Source: Blastocystis sp. Blastoise (taxonomy: Eukaryota > Protista > Bigyra: Opalinata). From it: a stretch of DNA of 64,000 bases. Under the pieces are notes generated by a model, which was not told the DNA's origin, did no database searches, and saw only the letters and a list, made by a program, of their open reading frames with translations. The position numbers and the translations under genes are program-made. The stretch is from positions 1,116,001 through 1,180,000 of the forward strand of contig JBBPEB010000013.1 in assembly GCA_039096225.1 (NCBI GenBank), written 5' to 3'. Numbering within the stretch: the first letter of the stretch is position 1; every line of letters begins with the position of its first letter. Positions 1 through 14,776 of the stretch are shown here, in pieces.

Positions 1-171
1 CTATTTTATGATTATATATGATTTTTTAAAACTATATCTATTTTTTTCATTTATTTAAATTTAGTTTTGTTTATAATTGAATAAATTTATATATATATAC
101 TAATTCTTCACATCAATATCATTATAAACAAAAAACATTGACTGTTTTTATATAATTTTTTAAACAACAAT

Positions 172-471
172 TTAATCATTAATAGGAAATAAGAGCATCA
201 TCATTTTTTCTTCTTCAATTTGTTGACTCAGCGTCTTTTGCTTCTTTTCTTTTTCTTTTTCTTTTTCTTTTTCCTCGAGAGCAACGTTTTCTTGCCGATT
301 CTGCATTTCTTCAAGTTGTTGTTGATGATAATTGGGAATTGTTCTAGCACAAAAGTCATAAGATCGTTTATCGAGATAATAATCAAAAGCTGTATGACCT
401 ATTGGAATAAAAAATCCTAGCGTTGCACCTGCTATAAACCAATGAATACCATTTTGAATGATCGTAGACAT
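172..471 (-). CDS. Small hypothetical protein (N-terminal hydrophobic segment, E/K-rich C-terminus)
   Basis: 99-aa ATG-TAA ORF with GC above its flanks; no family recognised. Confidence 0.4.
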   Translation of the reverse strand: MSTIIQNGIHWFIAGATLGFFIPIGHTAFDYYLDKRSYDFCARTIPNYHQQQLEEMQNRQENVALEEKEKEKEKEKKQKTLSQQIEEEKMMMLLFPIND

Positions 472-973
472 TTTTTTGCTTTTATTAATTTGAACGAATT
501 TCAGAATCCATTGTTCTTCTTAGTAATACTAAATATGAAATAATAATCATATCTGTAAAAACAATAAGGATATATAATGAGACGAAGAAATGTTATTTTG
601 GTTTTCATTATTGATACATCAAATATGTAGCAATTGATGATGAATTTGTATTAATGTATACATTATTTCTCAGATGGGTCCTTCGATAATTAAATATATT
701 TTATTATCTTATTGAGTATCGAAAAGAAAGTTTAATATAGTAGTAATTTATTAGCAATAACAATAATAGTAGTATTAAACACATATAAATATCATGTTAC
801 TAATAAAGAATTTCTAAGAATATCTTTTAGACTAATGTTTATTTAAAAAACAACATAAAATAAATACAAAACGAAAAATATGTTTAATATATCTTAAGTA
901 ATAAAATGAATTCATTTCATATTCTATTTCAATACATACAACAAACAAGATATAGATATATAATAAAAAATAA

Positions 974-2275
974 TTATTCCTTTAAACATTCTTCTAAAGA
1001 TAAATCTTGATACTTACATACATTTAAAATAGTATTCTTAACTCCTTCTATATATTGAATAGCTTCTGATTGTAAGAATGCAGGTGTTGCATAAGTACAA
1101 TTCAATATACATCCATAATCATTTATAGTAAAAGAATGAATATTAATACCACCCATATTTGGGAATACTCTACTAACTGCAAGAAAATGAATAGAATCTA
1201 AATGAAAAGGATGAATTCCTTTATATTCTTGTTGAATACAAGTAACACCTAAAGTACATGCAGTTAAAGATTGACCTGGTAATTTAGTAAAATCAAAAGT
1301 ATCCATAATTTTGAAGAAATCATAAATTTGAGTACGATTTTCTAATTCTTTATATAATTTATCTTTTATTTCTTTACATATTGTCCAAAATAAATCATTT
1401 GAATTTAATTCTTCACGTACATAAATAGCAGCAGCTCCACAAACTAAATCTTCGTGTTGAATTGGATGTTTAAAATGAACACGATTTATTGTTGTAGCAG
1501 GTGTTTGAAAACGAAATATTTTTGGAAATTCAGAATGAAATAATTTCATTTGATTTATTGCAGAAGATAACCATAATAATGATTGAAATGTACATCCATG
1601 TTGATGACATATATTAATCACAGTTTGAAGTTCATTTGAAGGTAAAAAAGCAATATCACTTTGAAAACGAGTATTTTCTATTTTATCTCCTTCATGAAGT
1701 TTTGTTGGTGGAGAATATATATCACCAGTTACACTCTCATAATAAGTATTATGCCAATCTTGAGGAATTTCTATCTCACCTTGAACACTAACCCATTTTC
1801 TTGAAAGAGGAAACTCTTTTGGAGGATTTGAAAGATAGGAAAGTAATGAATGAGCTACTTGCATCGAAGATAATGCATCACAACAAGCATGATTAAAACA
1901 TCCAATAATAACAGTACAATTCTTCTTCATATCTACTAAAATCTTATAGCAACAACTCTTTATACGAGTATCATCATTAGAAACTTTTCTTACAAATGAC
2001 TCATATTCATCCTTAATATCTAATTCACCAAATATTACATCTTCATATATAAATTCAGGCTCATTACTCTTATCATCAACCAAATGCATTTCAAAAGGAT
2101 TCTTTGGATTTGTTTTTATTATCTTACATCTTAAAAAAGGATGCTCACTATGTGTGCATTGAAGAGCATAATGAATTTCATCTTTTGTTACACAAGTATC
2201 AATTTGAATTCTCCAACTAACCGTAAAAATATTACATAAAGCTTCATTTGAATTTAAATTATATATTTCTTCCAT
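974..2275 (-). CDS. CoA-dependent acyltransferase of the condensation / alcohol acetyltransferase (Atf, PapA5-like) type; intronless
   Basis: 433-aa ORF with N-terminal HPFLRCKI and the HxxxD motif (FNHACCDALS). Confidence 0.75.
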   Translation of the reverse strand: MEEIYNLNSNEALCNIFTVSWRIQIDTCVTKDEIHYALQCTHSEHPFLRCKIIKTNPKNPFEMHLVDDKSNEPEFIYEDVIFGELDIKDEYESFVRKVSNDDTRIKSCCYKILVDMKKNCTVIIGCFNHACCDALSSMQVAHSLLSYLSNPPKEFPLSRKWVSVQGEIEIPQDWHNTYYESVTGDIYSPPTKLHEGDKIENTRFQSDIAFLPSNELQTVINICHQHGCTFQSLLWLSSAINQMKLFHSEFPKIFRFQTPATTINRVHFKHPIQHEDLVCGAAAIYVREELNSNDLFWTICKEIKDKLYKELENRTQIYDFFKIMDTFDFTKLPGQSLTACTLGVTCIQQEYKGIHPFHLDSIHFLAVSRVFPNMGGINIHSFTINDYGCILNCTYATPAFLQSEAIQYIEGVKNTILNVCKYQDLSLEECLKE

Positions 2276-2330
2276 AATTCAATCAATTATTTTATATCTG
2301 AACAAGAAAAAAACTATTTAAAAAAATATT

Positions 2331-3770
2331 TAGAGATGGGCAAAAGTAGCTACAAGTTTTGTGGCTACTTGTAGCTACTTTGTAGCTGAAAACAGCTACC
2401 CAAAGTAGCTACAAATTTTCATGATTTTTTCACGGGAGAAAAAAGTGGTTTTTTGGGGTATGATAGATATTATCTCACAAGTATGTTGCAGATATGATAT
2501 AAAGAGGAATGTCTTTTAAATGTCATACGTAGCCTATTTGAAGTGAAAGAATCTAAAAAAATAAGTTAGTCTTAACGATATTCAGAATTACAATTGGTAA
2601 ATCAGAACAACGTTGAATATTGATGATTTAATTGATGATATAAATGTAAATATTGTAGATAACCATAGTGATGTATATTAAATCCTAAAATAATATTTAT
2701 AATAAATTGTTATTCTTTAATTACATGTCATTATAGTGAAATACCACCAAAAACATATCACAAAATGCTTAGATAACTACATTGAAACTATTAAGCCACT
2801 TTATATCATAAAATAATAAAACTTTCTATAATAAAAATATAATATTTCGTTATCGCATAGAATTTAATTATTTTTCTTGTTAAACGTGGTATTTAAAGCA
2901 AGTAGATTATTTATAGTATATTATTCTAAATATTAACATGGTAATGTCACAGTTTTGAAATCATAAAACAATTTTCCTGGTTGTGAGTACAATTACATGT
3001 AGATTATATAGAATAATATATTAACAAATTATTCAAATTATCTTTTTTGAACAAATAAATAAATGAATATACACAAGAACATCACTTTTAAGCAATAAGA
3101 ACGATTAGAACGATGATCATAATGGAAATGAATATTTATTTAAAAAATAGCATCTTACTTTCAGTAATAGAAATTAAAAGACAATTTTTTAAATATACAA
3201 GACAAATTGAGATATTCTTTATACGAGAAATCACTAAATAAAATTACTACAAATGCATTTATTTTAATTATCTTACAATATACAAATATTATTCTGTTCT
3301 GTGACCTATGACTGCATTATTTTGAGTTACATCTGTTCTCTAAATGGAAAAGTGTTCCATTTAAGTGTCATTTGATAAGATTATATTTGTAGTTTATTAT
3401 CTTTTTTCACATTAAAAGCCATTTATGATTAATAATGGTAGAATATGGTAGAGAATAAGTGAAACATAGGAAGTTATTCAAATTAACCATGCTTATAATC
3501 CTTTATTATATCTCTAACATTGGTAAGCACGAGTCTAATATAATAGTCATGATGTTTTAATTTATAATAGAATACTACTACAGTAAATGTTGACCAATTA
3601 TTATGTCCAATTATCAAAATTTTATACTGGAAGTGTGAGAAATAATATAATGAATGTAAAAATATATTAAAACTATTTAAGAAATATGTCCTGGCTATTT
3701 AGAACAAGAATAAAAATTTTGCACATACTTTTTTAGAAAAAAGAAACTCCATGTACCTTGCCCATCTCTA
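2331..3770. mobile_element. Non-autonomous hAT-type DNA transposon, 1440 bp
   Basis: Perfect 13-bp TIR (TAGAGATGGGCAA ... TTGCCCATCTCTA); 8-bp TSD AAAATATT at 2323-2330 and 3771-3778; subterminal GTAGCTAC repeats; no long ORF. Confidence 0.9.
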
Positions 3771-4604
3771 AAAATATTGAATGACTGAAAAAAATTCAGT
3801 GTGTAGATTGAATTCAAGTCTCTTTGACAAGTAGTTTTTTAATTCATAAGGTTCAAATCTCAAATATTCTTTGTTTTATTATTTAACTAAGATGGTTGTA
3901 ATGTCATATATATCAAAATTTACATATATATATGATTATAAATTTCAAATTTTCATGTTATCCTTTTTTCCTATCATAAAGATATTCTAAAAATATATAG
4001 AGTGGTTCATATTATCAAAATAATAATATATTGTGGTTAATGAATATGTTTACAACAGAGAGTAAGCAAATTACTATTTCTAACTTATTTACAGTCAAAT
4101 ATAAACCTTGAAGTCATTGAGATTCTTATAGATCACTTGAGTTCTTCCTATCAAGTCATATCATAAAGTTGAACATAAAAAATAAGTGAGTAAATGACAT
4201 AATTTGTTGAAAGTCATATCATATTTCTCTTCTACAATGTACCTCTCATGTCTTCAATAGTATTCTTAAAAGATTAAGATTTAAAAAAAGCAGCCGTCAT
4301 CCACAAAACTGTATTCTTCTAAGATAAACAATAGAAAAAGATTGGTTCCTGTAGTTAAATATCCAATTGATTCAATAATAAGATTAGTGGTCAAAAGAAC
4401 ATTCTTTGATAAGTATTACTTTTTCGTTTTTTGCTTTATAAATTACATTGCGACATTCATAAGGTATCAAGGAATAGAATTGTCAATAGAAAAGAAGACA
4501 CGACAATTATTCGTCGTGTTGATCAGGTTGATTCATCATTTCATAAATAATAATTATCGTTTAATTCATATAAAAATAATATTTCTGTTCATAGAACTAT
4601 TGCT

Positions 4605-5585
4605 ATGAGATTCTTAATTTGTTTATTCTTCATTTCTCTTGTACTTGGAACGTTGAATTCCAATTCTTATTATCAACAGCAATTTAATAAATATAAAGAA
4701 CAATACCATAAGGTTTATTCATCTCGTCAGGAGATGAGATATCGTCTCCAAATGTTTGCTTATAATATGAATAAAATAGAAATAGAAAATAAGAAAAATC
4801 ATTCTTATGAATTGGGTTGGAGTCCATTCATAGATATGTCTAATGATGAATTTAAATCTAGTAAACTTTGTGGATGTCTACTTGATAATTCACAAAATAA
4901 AATTTATAGAATGAGAAGTTTGAATATATTGAAAGTTCCTGATCATGTTGATTGGAGAGAAGAAGGATATGTAAATGAAGTAAAGAATCAGCTTTTCTGT
5001 GGATCTTGTTGGGCATTTTCTGCTGTTGCTGCAATGGAAGGAGTTATAGCTATGAAAGAAGGTGCTCTTTATAATTTATCTGAACAACAACTAGTAGATT
5101 GTGATTCCCAATCTTTAGGTTGTAATGGAGGATTAATGGATTATGCATTTGAATATGTGATTGGGAATGAAGGTATATGTTCGGAAGAAGACTATCCCTA
5201 TACAGCTCAAGATGATGATTGTAAATCAGACGAATGTACTCCTAAAGGAAAAATTATCAATTATGTTGATGTAGTTCCTAAAGATGGAGATGCTCTTCTT
5301 GAGGCTATTTCACAAAATGTAGTTTCTGTAGCAGTTGAAGCTGATTCATTTATTTTTCAAGCATATAAAAGTGGAATTGTAGATTCAGAAGAATGTGGAA
5401 CTAAAGTTAATCATGGTGTTGCTGCTGTAGGTTATGGACTTGAAGAGAATAGAATGTATTATATTATTCGAAATTCTTGGGGTAAAGATTGGGGTGATAA
5501 TGGATATATAAAGATATTACATACACATTTCGATGAAGGTATTTGTGGTATTAATTTGGCAGCTTCATATCCTGTAGCAGAATAA
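4605..5585 (+). CDS. Papain-family (C1A) cathepsin L-like cysteine protease, preproenzyme; intronless
   Basis: Signal peptide, ERFNIN-like prodomain, QLFCGSCWAFS, NHGV and RNSWG catalytic motifs. Confidence 0.95.
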   Translation: MRFLICLFFISLVLGTLNSNSYYQQQFNKYKEQYHKVYSSRQEMRYRLQMFAYNMNKIEIENKKNHSYELGWSPFIDMSNDEFKSSKLCGCLLDNSQNKIYRMRSLNILKVPDHVDWREEGYVNEVKNQLFCGSCWAFSAVAAMEGVIAMKEGALYNLSEQQLVDCDSQSLGCNGGLMDYAFEYVIGNEGICSEEDYPYTAQDDDCKSDECTPKGKIINYVDVVPKDGDALLEAISQNVVSVAVEADSFIFQAYKSGIVDSEECGTKVNHGVAAVGYGLEENRMYYIIRNSWGKDWGDNGYIKILHTHFDEGICGINLAASYPVAE

Positions 5586-5964
5586 AAAGAAGAAAATAAT
5601 TATCCTTTTAGTTGTAATGATTATACTATATAATAATATTACTAATGATTTTGTTTTAACTATTTGATCAATTAAACTACATACATTGATTTTAACAAAA
5701 CTATATATATATTCAATTATTTAGGTTATAGAAAATAGTAACAAAATAAGGAGATTAATATAGAAACAAAATATTTAGAAATAAGGTTAATAAGAAAAAA
5801 AAATAATTTCTAAACATAATATAATAATCTATAGAATCACCTTGATGTATATAGAGCAGATATAGAATATATATTTTCCCCCAAGAATATGTTCAAAAAG
5901 TAATTATATATAAAAGAAATAAAGAATATATGTATATAGATATATGTATATATATAAGAATAGT

Positions 5965-6295
5965 TTAATGTTCAATAATAGCAACAGTATGATCTCCACC
6001 GCAAACAACTTGTTTTATCTTCTTATTCTGTAAATACTATAGAAGAACGAGATAAAATTAGATATAGAATTCATGGTATAGGTTATGGGATATATATATA
6101 TGTTTAGATATATATATTTATAGATAGTAATTTATATTATAGAGTTATGGGATATATATATATGTTTATATATATATGTATATATATTTCAACAGGTGTA
6201 GGGTCTACTCTATAAGCAGCGATACTTTCTACTTTATCACCTCTACCTAATTGACCATGACGACCTCTACCAAAAGATATATACATATATATATA

Positions 6296-6348
<53 letters not shown>

Positions 6349-8453
6349 GTTATAATAGAATATATTAAAAATATAATATTATTATTAATAGTATATACAA
6401 TTATGATATAATATATATATACAGTATAGAGTGTACCATGTTCATCGACAACAGCAGAATGACCACCTCCAGCAGCAATTTGAGTGATTTTAATATCTTT
6501 TAATTGTTCAATCGCTTTAGGAGAATTGGTATCATTACATTTAGCATTACAAGTCTGACCATTATTACCTCTACCCCAAGCATATACTTCATTCTTATCT
6601 ATATAGACATAGACAGATAGACAGATAATCATATATATAGTTGTATATACAATAATAACAATAATAACAATAATAACAATAATAACAATAATAACAATAA
6701 TATATATATATACTAGAGAGAGCAAGACAATGATATTCACCAGAAACAATTTTAACCATGGGAATATTACGAATGGACTTGATCTTAGTAGGCTTCTCTA
6801 TATACCGAGCACCAGATCCATGACCTAATTGACCATAATCATCACTACCCCTATATATACATATAATATATTTATAGCATATATAACATATTTATAATAT
6901 ATTTATAACATATATATATATAACATATATATATAACATATATATAATATATAACATATATAAATAATACATTTATATAATATATAACATATATATATCC
7001 CAAGTATAGACTTCTCCCTTATCCGTAAGACACATAGAGCTTTCGAGACCACAGGAAATATCTTGTATACGACTACCTTCTAAACCTTCGACTTTCACAG
7101 CCTTATTATATACACCCGTACCAGTTACACCTATATATATATATATAGATATATAGAAATAATAAATAATAAAACATTAATATATATAATGATCAATTCT
7201 TATTTAGAATACTAATAATAAAACATTAATATATATAGAAATAATAAATATTAAAACATTAATTAATATTTATAAAATTATTAATTCTTGAATAGAATAT
7301 TAATAATAATATTATATATATATATATATACCAAGACATCTTTGTTTATTATTACCCCAAGCATAAACTTCTCCCTTTTCTGTTAATGCTAAAGTATGTT
7401 GATTTCCTACAGACACTTTTACCTATATATAATAAACATAATAATATAATAAATTCTATATATATATATATATACAATTTTTTCATTTTCTAATCCAGCA
7501 ACTTTACCAGGACAACCAGGTTCATTATTACTATATATAGATATATATAGATATATATATAATAATCATTATAGAATAAACGAAAATAATATATATACAT
7601 TACTATATATATTATAAATAATAAAAAAAATAATTGAAATGATAAATTATACACTAAAAAGATAATAATATATATATATACGGTTGACCTAATCTTCCCA
7701 TGCTAGCTCTTCCCCATGAATAAACGGCTCCATCTTCAGTAACAGCAGCACAATGATTCACGCCTATAGCGACATCAATAACCTTCTTATCATCAAATTC
7801 ATCTTCAATCTATTTAGTTAATGTATAGTATATAGCATAACTTATAAATCAGAGTCATGATAATTACAAAATTAATTATATATATTAAAATTAAAATAAT
7901 TACAGAATTCATAAATATATATTAAAAATAAAATAAAAATATAGATATATACAGCACGAGGAATAGATTCATTAGGAGATGCAGAAGTAATACCATGTCC
8001 TAATTGATCATTTTCACCTTGTCCAAAAGTCCAAAGAGAACCATCAGCAGTAATTACAGCAGTAGCTAAAAAGAAAAAATAACAATAGAAATTATATTTG
8101 AAAAAGTATAATAACTAGCAAATAAAATACAACATACTATTACCGCCAGCAGCAACAAAAGTACATTCTTCTTCTTCTAATTCATCAATTCTACGAGGTA
8201 AGATTTCATCACTAACGCCTCCGTGACCAAGTTGACCAAATTGACCAAAACCCCATGAAAAAACAGAATCTTTAGATTTTTCATTGGCAAATATGTTTTG
8301 TTTAAGAACATAAGCAGCACCAACACTAGATAAGCCAACAGCTAATCCTAATCCAATAGTTTTCTTAGCAGAAACTTGAGCAGCTCTTGTAGAAAAAGAA
8401 GCTACGAGAGGTAATTTGTTGAAAACAGCCTTTCGAATAGCTGAACAAAACAT
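5965..8453 (-). CDS. RCC1-repeat protein with a mitochondrial-type presequence (RCC1L-like), multi-exon
   Basis: Repeated VFSWGxGxxGQLG and AGGxHS units across exons; basic, Ala/Ser-rich N-terminus; ends VVCGGDHTVAIIEH* with the stop at 5965-5967. Confidence 0.85.
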
Positions 8454-8818
8454 ATTGTGTAATGAAACAGAAATTGAACTCTATGAATTCACTTTATTAC
8501 AGAGTTCATGTAGGACATTTGGGGAATTTTTCTTCTTATTTTTCCTATGATTATTTAAAAAACTTCCAGTGAAATATTCGAAAAAACATAAATAACAATT
8601 TCCAATCAGAAATGTCAATTAAACATTAATACACTGAAATAAATAAATTTTTCCGTGGGAATGTTCATTTCGTTTCAAAAGTTTATCAAATATTTTTTTC
8701 CATTATACTAAGTAATATTTGAAGAAAGAAGGTGATATATTGTAAAAATAGATTTTATTCTTATTGTAGATCTACTCTGTAAAAACTAAATTAATTATTT
8801 AATACTTATTTTGAAATT

Positions 8819-9458
8819 ATGAATTATAAATTCTTATTTGTGTGTGTATTTCTCTTCTTATTCCTAAGTGTATCTATTGCTGATGATAATCTGGAAGAAG
8901 TAGATCCTATAGATGAAGAATTTTTTAGTAATGATATTTTTGATGATCAGATTCAAGATGATGAATACGATGGATATTCTTTATTAGAAGAACAACCTCA
9001 AATGCAAGAAGATTCATCACTTAATTATCCAAACATTGAAGTCCAAGATCAACCATCTGACTCATTAACAAGATTTGTGAATCCTACTTTATTTATTGTT
9101 GATGTCAATGGTGTATTGCATGGTTTAGATGTTGAAACAGGACAAGAAATCTGGTTTACAAATACTGGTGATACAATGATTTCCGCTTATAAAACTGAAC
9201 AACATTATGAACAAGGAACTTCTACAGGTATATATTACTTTTTTAAATTTTTCATGATTTGAAACATTTATTAAACAATGTTTCTAAGAAATATATATAT
9301 ATTATAGATCTCGATTTGAAGAGTTCTTTCGGTCAAGTAATTCCCAGTTTCGATGGACGAATCGGATTAAGAGGTGATAACGGCATTTCATACTTTCCCT
9401 ACACTGTACAAGATATCATGAAAACAAGTCAAATACACCTTGGTATATATTGTTATAT

Positions 9459-9493
<35 letters not shown>

Positions 9494-10117
9494 TTGTTTA
9501 TTTTTATTTATTTATTGTTTATTTTTTTTTATTTTTATTATTAGAGAAATATAATACTTCTCTATGAATTTCTATATTTATTTATTATTATTATTATATA
9601 TATAGAGAAAGAGAAATATACACTATTTGGAGATCGTATCAACTCTTATATGGTCATTGACTCTGTATATATATATATTATTATTATTATTATTATTATT
9701 ATTTTAAACACCTTTACACACTATATTCCCGTGATTATTTCTAGAAAACAGGAGATATACATTCTCTCTATCAACAAGGAAAGAAAATTGATACTTGTCC
9801 CATCGATGTATATATATTATGTTTATTATTATATTTATAATGTTTATTATTAATATATTTATTATGTTTATTATATATATATATTATTATTAATATGTCC
9901 ACTACTATCCATGATCTTCTAGCCTTCGATGTCCTGTGAAGACCCTCTTTCTTTCTATTCACACTCATTACGACTCTATAAGGAACAGAAGATTGTACGG
10001 TGTATCAATGACGCAAAGAACACAGAAATGTGGAATCTAACGGTAGCCAATGCTTATATACAATTCGACCATAAAGATGTATATTATTATTATTATTATT
10101 ATTATTAATATTATTAC

Positions 10118-10187
<70 letters not shown>

Positions 10188-10300
10188 TTTATTTTTATTA
10201 TTATTACTATTAATATCCTATATATAGCAAGTAGATAGCCTCAAAGATTCACCCATTACTGTCAAATTCTTATCGGATTATTTATTACAAGGAATAGATC

Positions 10301-10348
<48 letters not shown>

Positions 10349-12531
10349 GAATGGACATATTCTTTGGACCAAATCATTTCGTGATCTGCCGTTGTCTATC
10401 ACTCAAGTCTATAAAAATGTATATATATATATATATAGTTATATATATTAATACTCTATAGCAATATATGAATCTCATCTCTCCTTCTCTCTCAGATATC
10501 ATGGTATATATATATATAATAATATATATATATATACATATGTAAATATAGAGAGATGAATTAATAGATAAACAGACTTCTCTCATTCTCAGTAAACATA
10601 GACAAGGAAATGCGTATATATACTTATATTTATTATATATACATATATTTATTTATTTATTATATATATAGTATTCTTCATCATACAAGTAAAGGAGACT
10701 TCTTCCTCCCCGTGGGAAATGGACATAAATTAATTACAGATACAGAAATACATGAAGGTATTCCCTCCAAATCAGTGACTCCCTCTCAAAACCCTCCTCC
10801 TCCAGCTGGTGTCATCATTCAGTCCACGTGGATAACACCTTCGGCACATGACTTTGTCGATATTCGTAACGCTAAAGTGAATCGTTATACTCTTTCGGAT
10901 AATTATTTCCCACGTATATATTATTATTATTTTTATTATTATATTTATTATCATTATGAACTCTTATACTACTTTATATATATAGAAAACAATATTAATT
11001 CTCAGATCCCCCTTGATGATCCTCAAACATCCCTCATTATTGTGTTTTTCTGTTTCTTCGTATTTGCTGCATTATGGATTGTTATTGACCGCGTCTGTCG
11101 AGAAACACGGGAACACAAACGACGCACTCTGGATATCCAACCAAAAGTGTATGATTATGAAACACTATTAGAATCCAATAAGAAACTCGATAAAATAGAA
11201 GAGAAAGAAGAGGAAGAAGAGGAAGATATTCATCTTAAAGATGTCAATAATATTTATCCTCCAATAAATCAAGAAAATCTACCAACAAGTCCCTTTTTGG
11301 CTGCAGATTCCCATGGGAATATACCCACATGGGGTAGTAATAGTGAATTAAGTCTATCTACAAAAGATATTTCCGTAGATAGTACAAGTTCACTTGATAA
11401 AGAAAAATATATTCAAAATATAGGTTGGAAACATCCTTCAGATTCCCACGGGAATGGCAGTGAGGATCATCTTCAATTTAGTTCTCAAACAAATCCTTCG
11501 TTAGATATCTCTACACCTACTGCTTCTTCTTCTACTCTTTCTTTTCCTTCTTCTTCTATCAATGGCACAACTTCTTCTTCTCAGTCGAATTCATTAATAC
11601 CTTCTTCGCAATCGAATACACAATATGTATTCCTTAATAGTCAAGAAGAACTCTCTCCTGTAAACACTTCTATGAATATCTCATCATCTATTCTTTCGAC
11701 TTCTTCAAATTCGAACTACTTTCCCGCGGGAAATCTCAGTTTTAGTAATAACTTTGCTCCTTCTATCTCTTTATCTCAATATGTTCCGGATCATTCAATC
11801 GGATTTAGTCAAAGTACACTGACGCGCACTCGGTCATTACCAAGTGATATGCATAATATATATTCTTCGATGAAACTTACATTGAATACAAATGACTTTG
11901 CGTTGAAACATGTGGAACACAACCCCAATGACGCAGGGTCTTTAGTATCCAATCAAGTTGCTCGATTAACAGTGGATTCTACAACGAATTCTATTACACC
12001 AGATCTCTCTAAAGATGATGATGCCAATAACCGCGGGAATGAAGCTCTTCAGAATCCATATAATATCGATATAGATGAGAAAAGTGAGATTTATCGTGAG
12101 CGTGAAGTATATAATAAAATACAAATTCAAGGTCTGATTTTCCCTATTTGTACAGGCAGATATCAACAAGATTTTATGGTATATATAATGATTCTTATGC
12201 TTTTATTTTCTTTATTATAGTAATAAATAATTATATATAAGGAAATTCTTTTTTATTTTCTTTATTATTATAGTATTATACTTATTATTATATATATATA
12301 GGAGAAGCGTATGATAGGTCGTGGTGGGTTTGGAAACGTGTTTTTATGTAGTAAATGGATGGAAGATAAAGAATATGCAGTGAAACAAGTATATATATAT
12401 ATATACATATATATAAAGAGTTACTATTGTTATTTATACTACTCATTTGGGATTATTACTATTATTTCTATTTTTATTTATATATATATATTATGTATAA
12501 TTCTAATTATATCAATATTTCACTCTATCCC

Positions 12532-12565
<34 letters not shown>

Positions 12566-14492
12566 TCAAGTTAGAGTTTAAGAAGGACCACGAGCGTCGT
12601 ATTTTGCGTGTATTAAGAGAAGTGAAGGTCCTTGCTTTCCTTACTCATAATAATATTGTCAGATTCTATTCGGTATATATACATATATATTATCATTATT
12701 TTCATTATTATCATTATATATTATTATAATTATACACATTGTGTTTTTTTTATTATAAAATTATTTTATTAACAAATATATCATATATATATTCCTTTAT
12801 CTTCTATTCCCGCGGTTATAGGCTTGGTTAGAATTAGATATGGATGTATATACAAAAGAATTAGAACTCTTCCAAAAAGATGAGAAGAAAAATAAGAAAA
12901 ACCGCGGTAAGCCAGCACTTAATAACAAAGAGAAAAAACAGGAAAAAGAAATAGCTGAGAAACAACAAAAAGCACCCGTAGAAATAGAGAAAGATATTCT
13001 ATCTCAAGTGTCTGATGGTATATATATATATATATATTATTTATAATAACTATATTATTATATTTTGTAATAATTAATTAGTATATTAGCTATTCAATAG
13101 TTTATTTTGATCCTATATATATATGTATATAGATATTGATTCTTCTTTAGATAGTGAAGGAAAACGATTATTAAATGAAATTGATAATTGCACAACTCCA
13201 GATTGCACAGACTTTGCTGTTACATTTACCCAAACTTTACAAGATAATCACGGGAATGATATCAATGATGAAAAAGATGGAACAAGTATATAAGTTTTAT
13301 TATTATATATTATTAATAATAATTTTTTTTTTAATTTAATTTTTATTAATATTATATATTATGTATATAGCTTCTTATTTCCCAGCTCCTCCTGATTCTA
13401 CTATACCTGATATAAATAATCGTATTCCCGCGGGACAAAAGGTAGATCAATCTATTGTTTCCTCTTCTTCTTCTTCTTCCTTTAGTTCTTCTTCTTCTTC
13501 TACTACTACAACTACAACTACTACTACTACAACTACTACTACTACTGCTACTATTACTCCTACTCCTACTCCTCATAGTGTATCTCCCTTAGATAAATTG
13601 ATTGATAAGTCAAGTTCTATGCCTTTATCGTTTACACAGGATTGTGGAGATAGTACTATGTGTGAAGAGAAAGAAGAGGAAGAGGAAGAGGAAGAAAACG
13701 AGGAGAAGAAGAAGAATGAGAAAGACAAGAAACATGATAATGATAACAATATAATGGATAATAATAGTGATGACGCACTTGATGACGATGATGATGACGA
13801 TGATGATGACGCAGAGGATGTTAAGACAGCTATGACTGCATTAATTGAACGTGAAGGAATCGAACAGAAAAAGAGTTTAATTATGTATATTCAAATGGAA
13901 TATTGTGGAGGAAGAACGTTAAGAAGCTATCTCAATGATAAACATAGAAAGGTATACTAATTATATTTATTATATTTATTATATTTATTTTATTATTATA
14001 TTTATTTTTATAATTATTTCCTTCTAGGTTTCTGAACAAGAAATATTAACCGTGGGAATTGAGATTGGTGAAGCTGTCGCTTATATGCATAAGAAATGTA
14101 TTATACATAGGTATATATATCACCATTATTATATATATATATTTGCAAATAAATAATTTATTTATTTTCCTCTATAATCTATATATATTTATTGAATAAT
14201 TACCTATAGAGATATCAAACCTGAAAATATCTTTTATACGGACGATCGAGAGATCCGATTGGGTGATTTCGGACTGTCAAGATTCGTTGGAGATATCGTA
14301 TATATATGTTTATTATTATTATGTTTATTATTATATATGTTTTCTCTTATTTATTGATATATGTCCCTTCTTTTATATTATTTATAATTCCCCGTGAATA
14401 TTTTTAGTCCGCAAGTCCTGAATGGAAATGGGAAAAGAAACAAAATACAATTACTACTAAAATAGGAACATACTTGTATATATATATATATA

Positions 14493-14564
<72 letters not shown>

Positions 14565-14712
14565 GTTGCCTATTCCCCTACCTTTAGATACGCATCCCCT
14601 GAGCAGGTGGGTACCGAGAGTTACGGCGTAGAGAGTGATATGTTCTCTGTTGGGATGGTTCTCTTTGAAATGGCAAATCCATTCTTTGAAACCACGATGG
14701 AACGATCACAAG

Positions 14713-14776
<64 letters not shown>

